This document shows, in pieces, positions 56,801-64,000 of a stretch of DNA of 64,000 nt. A program made the translations under genes and the position numbers. A model generated the notes under the pieces. The model was given only the letters and a program-made list of their open reading frames with translations, was not told the origin of the DNA and did not search any database. The DNA lies in assembly GCF_037042905.1 (NCBI RefSeq), contig NC_087263.1:10356001-10420000 (forward strand). Direction: 5' to 3'. How positions within the stretch are numbered: position 1 is the first letter of the stretch; each line of letters begins with the position of its first letter. This stretch comes from Lytechinus pictus. Lineage: Eukaryota.

Positions 56801-58012
56801 TGAACATGTGGAGTTAGCATTGTTTAATACTATATGATTCAGTCAAGTTGGTCCTTATTGTCAAATCTGTAAAAAATGAAATATTATATAATTCAAACAA
56901 TAAAAAACAAAAGAAATAGTAAGGGACATCATCGTCTGTCTCATTTGCATGTCATTGAGTTTTCCGTATCACTTTTTTGTGAAAAATAAGCGAAACTTTA
57001 AAATGTCATAACTTTCTTATTTTACATCCAATTTTGATGAAATTTTCAGCGTTATGCTACTGTAGTTTGATTTTTCTCTATTTATTCAAATCAACATTTT
57101 TCTGTGGTGGACTTGACCTTTAACCCCATACTATTTGCTTTAGCCCCACCTATTTCCTAAAAAAATTCTGTAGTGAGAAGAACATATAATTGCAGATCTC
57201 AATAACAATTCCCTGCTGTATAAAAATATAATTTTTTTTGCATAATATACATGTATGTACATGCAATCTTACTGAATTGTTCTTTGGTCAAAAGCGTTAA
57301 AGCATGACAAGATTACAAATACAAACAAACAGTTCTGGGTACATGTATATTGGTTTGGTGGTGGGTTTTTCTCATTTTTTTTTGGGGGGGGGTCTGTTTG
57401 AAATCAATCTAATTTAACATGTAAACAGGGTTTAAAATATAAGTGTCCCGTGTACATGTCCATGTACATGTAGGTACATGCAGGCCTACAGGTATAAAGA
57501 CTCATGCTACAAATGTAGTTTGATCAAAATGTATACAATGCACATAATGTCAGTGCCATTAAATACTGACAATACTACACTGGGGGTATTTTATAATTTG
57601 AAAATGAAAATATTTTTTTTATTTAAACAAATTGGTTTTCTTTTTTAACATTATGGGTTGTAAAGTATAAGATTCTTAATTTTCAATAGATCTAAGAATA
57701 TAAAACAGGTATGATTATGATTTGCTTTAGAATGATGGCACATATCTTTCCCATTAAAAAATCATACTAGAAATTTATCAAAGTGAGAGCTCACAATGGC
57801 TGAATTAAGATTTCTCTATTAAAATTTATCAAGAATGATGAGTCCTAGCCATGCACAAAGTGTTAAATTACATGATGAGAAAATAACAGGACACAACATT
57901 TGGGCAAAGAGCAATGATGATGATGATGATGATGATGATAATAAGGAGGAGGAGGATAGTGATGATGGTGGTGGTGATGGTGGTAGTGATGGTGATGATG
58001 ATGGTGATGATA

Positions 58013-58048
<36 letters not shown>

Positions 58049-61000
58049 GTGATAGTGTTGATGGTGGTGGTTGTGGTGATGGAGATGATGATGATGATAG
58101 TGTTGGTGGTGGTGGTTGTGACGGAGATGATGATGACGATGATGATGTTGGCAGTGTTGGTGGATATGATGACGATGATGATGGAAATGATGGTGATAGT
58201 GTTGGTGGTGGTGGTTGTGACGGAGATGATGATGATGATGGCGGTGTTGGTGGTGGTGATGATGATGATGAATGATGATGATGATGGTGGTTATGGTGTT
58301 GGTGGTGGATTTGGTGATGGTGATGAAGATGGTGTTGGTGGTGCTGGTGATCATTTTTATTGTGGTGATGAGGATAATGATGATAATGATGATGCTGATG
58401 ATGATGACCATGATGATGAGATAATGATGATGATGGTGATGATAATGATGAATAAAATGATTTGCTTGTTGTGCAATAGAAAGAATGTTTCATCTGTTGT
58501 GCAATTTTTGCATTCAACTTTTGCAATCAATTTTATAAAGACCTTTCTTGCAGCCCCGCCCCTGCACCCCATCCATCAGAATAAATACAATCCTGAACCT
58601 TCTGTTCATTAACACACGTTTGCTTCTGGACTTTCCCTTTAATTAACTGGATGCTATTTGAGTCTTGTTATCTACTCACAAGGAATGCATGCAATGTGAA
58701 ATGAACCCGCCACCTAACCGGGCTGGAATCCTCCTTGAGCGGTTTGTACATGTATCCTCCCCCATAATACAAAGTGTATGTAAACTGAACGGACATTCAT
58801 AGTCTTGTTCTCAGAGACTCAGAGACATCCATAGCATAGTCTGCTTTGCAAACCCCTTCACTCAAGGAAACTGTCAGATCTACATGTAGGTCCCTGCCAT
58901 TAACTTGTGTACAGAAGGCCAATAAAGATGTATAACTTGTGCTAGTCTTGTGCAAAGACCCACTTGTTGATACAAATTTCAATCAGGGTCTGTGCAAGTA
59001 GACTACACGGGTAATGTAACTGTACAATAGCCAGGGCATTGATACTGTACATAGATTTTATTTTGCAAGCAATCAAATATTGGGAATGGTCAGTCACATC
59101 AAGATCATTGATTCCAGGGGCCCTTATTAAACACAAAGTTTAGCAATGATCGTAGAACATTTTTCTATGATTGATACCCAGATGATACATGTATAATATT
59201 GCATATTTGTATGGCCAATCCCATGATCAACCACTAACCTTTGTAATACAGGGCCTATGGGCCCAAGCTCGGCAAGGATTGAAAATGTAATACCTTCCTT
59301 TTTCTCACCCCCATCCCCCCACCCCCCCCCCCTCCCCCTCCACCACAAAAATACATACTGTAAATATACAGTACATTGTATGTGTAATATGAAGAATTTA
59401 TTGCCTCCCTGACTGAGGTTCTTCAATAGCATACAGGCAATGACAGAGAAAATATTATTAAACTGAAAATTAAAATTGCACCAATATTCTCGCAAAGATA
59501 ACAGTATGTTCAGTAAAATATGATAACAGAGATAAAGGAAAGAAGATAGTACATTATAATGATTGAAATTTGTATCAACAAGTGGGTCTTTGCACAAGAC
59601 TAGCACAAATTATTGATTGGCCTTCTGTACACAAGTAAGTAGCAGGGACCTTGATCAGACCATTTCCTTGAGGGAAGGGTTTGCAAAGCTTTATTGGACT
59701 TGAATAAAACATTGAATTGAATTGAATGCCTTATTGAAAGTAAAAACTGACATTTTATAACAATAGAAAAATTGCATTTTCATAGCAATTATTATTACAC
59801 TTTCTCTCTACTTACTGTCCAATTTACAGACGACGTTATCTATGACGCATTGTTTGGTGTACGAGTCTTCTATCGTTGGGTCATAATCCGTTACAAAGTA
59901 AGACTGTAGTGGTGGAATGAAAAGTAAGTAAAAGACAAAAATATCATTAAAATTCTTGAATTCAATAATTTGTAATCAATGAATATTTGTCTATTACATC
60001 ATTTGCTTTAGGTGTACATGTACATGTATGCCGTGTGACATGTAATTTACATGTCACATGGCATACACCTAAAAGCAATACCTAAAGCTTAGGTCCAATG
60101 GGTGATTTCAAGTTCAATGTTGACCTTTTGGTGTTGGTGTCAATTTTTACACGAGTGTAACACCAAACATAAAATGAAGATGGTCCCAAAAAGTCACTCA
60201 CTAGTTGTTGAGATGTCAATAATGTGATCTGGATCAGTTTCACAAACTCTGAATAAGTTTTAGAGCTAGGGGAAGCAATCCAAATTTCAACACCAACACT
60301 AACACCAAGGCCAACACCGGAATTGAAATCACCCATTGCAGTGTGCAGTGGAGCAATCCGAGCAAATATCATCCTATTCCAAAAACAGTTTATTACAGCA
60401 CCAGCTGAATAGCAATGCATTTTTTTTTTATCATAGACAGGAATTTAACTATTTAAGCATAATTTCTGGGATTTATTTAACAATTTCTGACATTTTACTC
60501 TGATCCCCATTCACCTGTCTTGGTGAGTGGAGCCAATGTAGTTCAGCAGAAGTATACAATGTACAGAGACTGAAGCCCGGGGGGGGGGGGGGGTACTCGA
60601 CCAAAAAAGTGGTAGGTATGTGCCATGTGCGAGACAAAAAACGGGGGCCTTGGAGCGGGCTTATTGTAAAAAGGAGGGTCCTCGAAACGGGCTTCAGAAC
60701 TACAAATGTTTGTGAAAACGGGGGTCCTTGGAACGGATTGCCTGCGTGTGAGTGCGTATGCATCCCTATGGAACGCGTATACAAATAATACATGCATGCA
60801 GCTAGCCCGGTGGGCGGCGGCACGGGTGCCGGGTGCACTCGCACCAGGTGATGGTCGGACAGCGCTCTGCGGCAGAATTTCACCAAATTGCAGCTCACTT
60901 TAGCAGACAAATGCGGCCGGAATGGCGTAACAAAAAATATGCGAAGCTTTGGAACGGATTTCTTTCTTCTTTCATCTCGATAAGAAGAAAATGCTATGCT

Positions 61001-62107
61001 TTGGAGCGGCTTTCTTTGTTCTTTTTTCTCAATAAGATAAAAATGTTATGCCTTGGAACGGAAATTTGAGTGTAAAATGGGGGTCCCCTCCACGGCACAT
61101 ACCCACCACGCATTATATACTGAGTGCCCCCGGGGACTGAAGGCAAGCTTTTGGCCTGGCTAATTTGATTAACTACTTCATTTGAATTCATCATTATCCA
61201 TGCTTGCCTTTTGTAGTTTAGTCAAACTATGAAATGTTAAGATATTTCTGATTTTCTACTTGTACTAGTTGTAGTAAGATCTTTAATAAATTCTTATTAT
61301 GAGGGATAAGACTAAGAGAACAATGGTGCTTGACTATTGTTCGTGCAATCTGAGAAGCCCGTTCATAATTAAACTGAACCAGGCCATGTTGGCCAGAAAA
61401 TAAGTTTCAAACAATCAATAATTTGTGTACAAGGCAAGCCACCTTTCACAATCTAGTACAAATTGCATTCAATTAAAGCAGCACTGATCAATTTATGCAT
61501 CACATAATTATATACCCACAAAGTAAGAATGATTTAGATTCCAACTAGGGTCTAGGGGTACAACTTCAGACTTGCACAATCAAGACAATCACATCTGATG
61601 AATCATTTGAATGGTCTTGAAAGTTGAAATACACATGATAGTGACGTGACACTCATTAATTAACTTTATTTTATAATATAAATAAACTACATCATCATCA
61701 TGTAACACTAACAGCAACTTGACACAATTTAATTTCCATTAGTAGTTAACAAAACTGCCGGATTAGAATAATTCAGAATTAACTATGTTTTTTTACAATT
61801 ACACTCTCTAGGTTAAGTATGATTAAACAAAAATCTCGATCAGGCCTTCGCCGGAATCACGCAGTCGCAGCGCGGAGCCAGGACTCAGGAGCTGATAGCT
61901 GATCGGGCCGGAGTACAAGGGCTACTGATCACATACAATCCGTACCACGCACCACTGCACAGCTCCAAAATCCTACAAAATTGTCGAAGTTACTATCGTA
62001 ATTTTTACCTGTATAAACTGTATCGTAATGGCACTTTTACCAACACCTCCGCCTCCTACAACGACAATTTTATGCATAGGTCCATTATGAGATCCTTGTG
62101 ATGTCAT
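44773..62107 (-). CDS. RRAS2: R-Ras family small GTPase (RRAS2/TC21-like), 6 coding exons, 199 aa
   Basis: Manual splice on minus strand: 62107-62009, 59903-59816, 53617-53515, 51596-51488, 47465-47347, 44854-44773 (600 nt, all GT-AG). G1 GGGGVGKS, effector [10 protein letters not shown]3 DTAGQ, G4 NKAD, G5 EASAK, C-terminal [36 protein letters not shown] and [22 protein letters not shown] match RRAS2. The invertebrate gene is probably co-orthologous to RRAS and RRAS2. Confidence 0.93.
44921..45876. mobile_element. Composite foldback element in the last R-Ras intron
   Basis: Perfect 20-bp IR acaaagggtgtgttcaatgt (44921-44940 / 45772-45791), plus a diverged inverted copy of ~44926-45000 at ~45800-45876. 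Confidence 0.6.
45189..45608. mobile_element. Young PIF/Harbinger-like MITE nested in the foldback element
   Basis: ~65-bp near-perfect TIR aggccaccgcacaccttacgacccgacc..gtgaggggagatg; TTA TSD. Confidence 0.85.
46406..46989. mobile_element. TTAA-flanked MITE (Kolobok-like) with long internal inverted repeats
   Basis: ttaa|aggagaatgaaac ... gtttcattctcct|ttaa; ~80-bp IR at 46508-46589 / 46806-46887. Confidence 0.85.
47347..47465 (-). CDS. RRAS2: RRAS2-like exon 5
   Basis: ccag|[39 protein letters not shown](R)|gtcag. Confidence 0.95.
47568..47757. mobile_element. Short MITE with telomere-like (T)TAGGG motifs
   Basis: catggcatttcctcc..gcaattgctcc / ggagcgattgtc..gagcaaatgtcatg IR; homologous to 26925-27110. 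Confidence 0.65.
48683..49188. mobile_element. TTAA-type MITE; related copy at ~52156-52736
   Basis: ttaa|agggaaattcaccctga ... tcaaggtgaacttccact; shares ggagcgggtgtgaaat and aaggtacaataaaa with the 52156 copy. Confidence 0.75.
49691..50085. mobile_element. MITE with ~55-bp TIR and AATT TSD (Sola1-like)
   Basis: aatt|ccgtggattcacaatatggtgcaccatctatcg ... cgatagatggcgcaccgtattgtgaatccaccg|aatt. Confidence 0.8.
51488..51596 (-). CDS. RRAS2: RRAS2-like exon 4
   Basis: ctag|[36 protein letters not shown]|gtgag. Confidence 0.95.
51690..52006. mobile_element. Harbinger-like MITE (family of 24420-24732)
   Basis: TIR ggcccgtattctgaagtc / gacttcagaatatgggcc; 3-bp tat TSD. Confidence 0.85.
52156..52736. 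mobile_element. TTAA-type MITE (family of 48683-49188)
   Basis: ggaagttcaccatgacaaaa ... ttttgtcagggtgaacttcccct|ttaa. Confidence 0.7.
52955..53506. mobile_element. TTAA-type MITE abutting the R-Ras exon 3 donor
   Basis: aggaaacca..aacccaa ... ttgggtcttggtttcct|ttaa; internal IR tttcatcaaaatt..gttatgga / tccataac..attttgatgaaa. Confidence 0.7.
53515..53617 (-). CDS. RRAS2: RRAS2-like exon 3
   Basis: ttag|(I)[33 protein letters not shown](S)|gtaat. Confidence 0.95.
54665..55249. mobile_element. TTAA-flanked MITE (Kolobok-like)
   Basis: ttaa|aggggaatccagcc ... ggttggattcccct|ttaa. Confidence 0.85.
56516..57119. mobile_element. TTAA-flanked MITE with long imperfect TIRs
   Basis: ttaa|aggacaagtccacc ... 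ggtggacttgacct|ttaa; arms complementary over >130 bp (tgaaaatttcatcaaaat..aataagaaagttatgacattttaaagtttcgctta). Confidence 0.88.
57914..58450. repeat. Degenerate (GAT/GGT)n microsatellite with short higher-order duplications
   Basis: Seen directly; gatagtgttggtggtggtggttgtgacggagatgatgat recurs. Confidence 0.93.
58843..59689. repeat. ~140-bp inverted repeat (58843-58985 / 59560-59689)
   Basis: Includes a perfect core ttgtgctagtcttgtgcaaagacccacttgttgatacaaatttcaatca and its reverse complement. Confidence 0.88.
59816..59903 (-). CDS. RRAS2: RRAS2-like exon 2
   Basis: acag|[29 protein letters not shown]|gtaag. Confidence 0.95.
60576..61134. mobile_element. DNA transposon derivative with CCCGGG-polyG ends and 8-bp TSD
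   Basis: gactgaag|cccgggg..gtactc ... gagtgcccccggg|gactgaag; internal tggaacgg/tggagcgg repeats. Confidence 0.8.
62009..62107 (-). CDS. RRAS2: RRAS2-like coding exon 1
   Basis: [33 protein letters not shown]|gtaaaa. Confidence 0.9.
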
Positions 62108-62189
62108 TTTGAATTCCCGGGCATAAATCCGATATAAAATCTCCTATGACTACGAAAAAAATGATCACTGTCAAAATCTTCTTCTACTT

Positions 62190-62260
62190 CAATTCTGCCA
62201 AACCCGGAAGTACAATGGGTGCATTGCACACAAATGCACTGTGACGCATGCAAAACCGAG
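62190..62260 (-). promoter_or_regulatory. Putative proximal promoter of the R-Ras gene
   Basis: ETS-type CCGGAAGT at 62204-62211 and CRE-like TGACGCA at 62242-62248, about 100-140 bp upstream of the ATG. A CpG-richer stretch lies at 61840-61960 in intron 1. Motif evidence only. Confidence 0.4.
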
Positions 62261-64000
62261 CAGTGATCAGCTGTTTGCTACATTATTGACACTCAATCTC
62301 TTCTTTTGTCTTTGCACTGGGCCAGGCTTATACTACAGATGGGGGGGGGGGGGGCGCCACAAGAAAAAAGAGTGGGAGCAAAATATTAAAAGGAAAGCGA
62401 AAAGGGAAGAAATAAAATATTACATCATTTTCTGAATATCATGACAAAATCTATCCAAAATTAAGGTGCTCTCATCTCCTCGCTCCCGTCCTATATACTC
62501 CCCATGACCCCTTCAAACTTGTTGGCTCAGAGTCAAATACTTCATTGTTCTTTGCAGGGGCCGCGGAACGGTTTTTAAAGTGGGGGGGGGGCTGAGCCAA
62601 AAGGGGGGGCTGACCATGCAAAAAATCACAATCGTATGGTCATTTTTACGTTTTTGTACATGGTTCTTGGGAAAAAGTGGGGGGCTGAAGCCCCCCCCCC
62701 CCTCCCGCGGCTTCTGCGGCTTCTGCTTTGTAATTCCCACTGCCCCCCCCCCCCAAAAAAAAGAGAGAATATGTGACCATGGATGTTGATAGGTGGGGGA
62801 GACTGACAGTGTAATGAACCATGAGGGATTTTATTTTAGTGGGGGGATCAGTACTTGGCATATATCACGAGTCTGTAAAAAAAAAATATAAGGACACAAT
62901 TTAGACATGGCGTAAAGGGCATTTTTTTTTTTAGAATGCTGCAAGTGAGCAAAGAGAATAATACAAAATTTTGAACTTTTTATTACAAAAATGTGTTTGT
63001 GAAAAACGGGCCTATAACTTATTTTTAGAATGTGTCACATTTCACCCGCTTTCTTTTCTTTTCCTCTCAGTCTCCTGCATTCTTTCTGCATAGTTCTAAC
63101 TGATCGGAGGGGGGGGGGGTTCCATGGCCCCAAGCCCTGCATCCGTACACATCCGCTTGCGGGGGTGGGAGTAGTAAGTAGTCCCAGACTGATATTTATT
63201 AGCCTTTTTACTAGTATTTCTACAAGTCCGGGCTACAAGTCACTCTACATTCGTGTAAGGACTCAATAATGCAAGCGCGACTGAGCACGAGCAGAAACTT
63301 TTGACACATTTATCTGAAAATGCGCATTTTGAGGACTCTTGTCGGTTACTTGGTTGTTTTCCTATTATATACTCTTTATACTACAATTCTCCGCATATAT
63401 TCGTAATTCCGACGCTTTGTTATTCCGAAGGTGCTAGAAAAAATAAAGTTTTCAGAAATTGTTAAAATAAATGGGGCACACTCCATGCGCTTGGTTGTGG
63501 GGATAGAAAATGTTGTGTATAATAACATATCATGATATTCCATTTTATCCTGGAATTTTGTTTCTTTCTCCATCCTTCTGTTGTAGCAATTTCTGAAAGG
63601 AATGGTTTCATCCAATCATAACATAAACATGCGAACATTCCGAACATTAAAAAAAAATGCCATGAAATCCCTTTTATGCTTGGGACTGCTTGAGTTGCTT
63701 TAGTTATGTTAGTATTCTTCATTCAAATTGTTTTTTGTATAGTCCTATTTTAGATTTGTGGTCTCAGTGATCTAACTTTTTTAAGCTGTCATTACTTTTC
63801 TAACTTTTCATGCAGTCATAATTTGTCTTTTACCATCATGTTTTTATTTTTGTTAATATACACATCATGGATATAAATATTAATGTTTAGTTCCCCCTTT
63901 TATTTTCCAAGTGAGGCTTAATTCAAACTTAAGCGGGAGACCCGCCCCATCAGTGATTTTTAAAATGATAACATTTTAGATAAGCATTAGAATTATAAAG

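Noticed and set aside
62555..62720. G/C-run-rich MITE-like segment upstream of R-Ras
   Set aside because: A left end resembling hAT MITEs is visible, but I could not find a matching right TIR or TSD.

Overview
Eukaryotic, intron-rich, AT-rich genomic DNA. The repeat landscape suggests a marine invertebrate deuterostome such as a sea urchin (inference). Two convergent genes can be spliced by hand with canonical GT-AG introns and open frames. (1) COPB1, coatomer subunit beta, + strand: 21 exons visible from 597 to the stop at 28740, 885 aa, with the N-terminus upstream of the window. (2) An R-Ras/RRAS2 (TC21)-like small GTPase, - strand: 6 exons, 62107 to 44773, 199 aa, ending in CTIL. Introns and the ~16 kb intergenic/UTR gap hold many non-autonomous DNA transposons (piggyBac-like, TTAA/Kolobok-like, PIF/Harbinger-like, hAT-like, Tc1-like, Sola-like), tRNA-derived SINEs and microsatellites. 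The most notable observations are: a 28-copy 91-bp array that amplifies the last 60 nt of a COPB1 exon together with its splice donor and a transposon tip; pervasive TACATGTA/TACWGTA motifs that paralogous repeat copies show to be 5-6 bp insertions at TA (candidate transposon excision footprints); several CA..TG elements with 6- or 7-bp target duplications; and COPB1-RRAS2 adjacency as in human. Nearly all ORFs in the supplied track that fall outside exons are artefacts of simple repeats.
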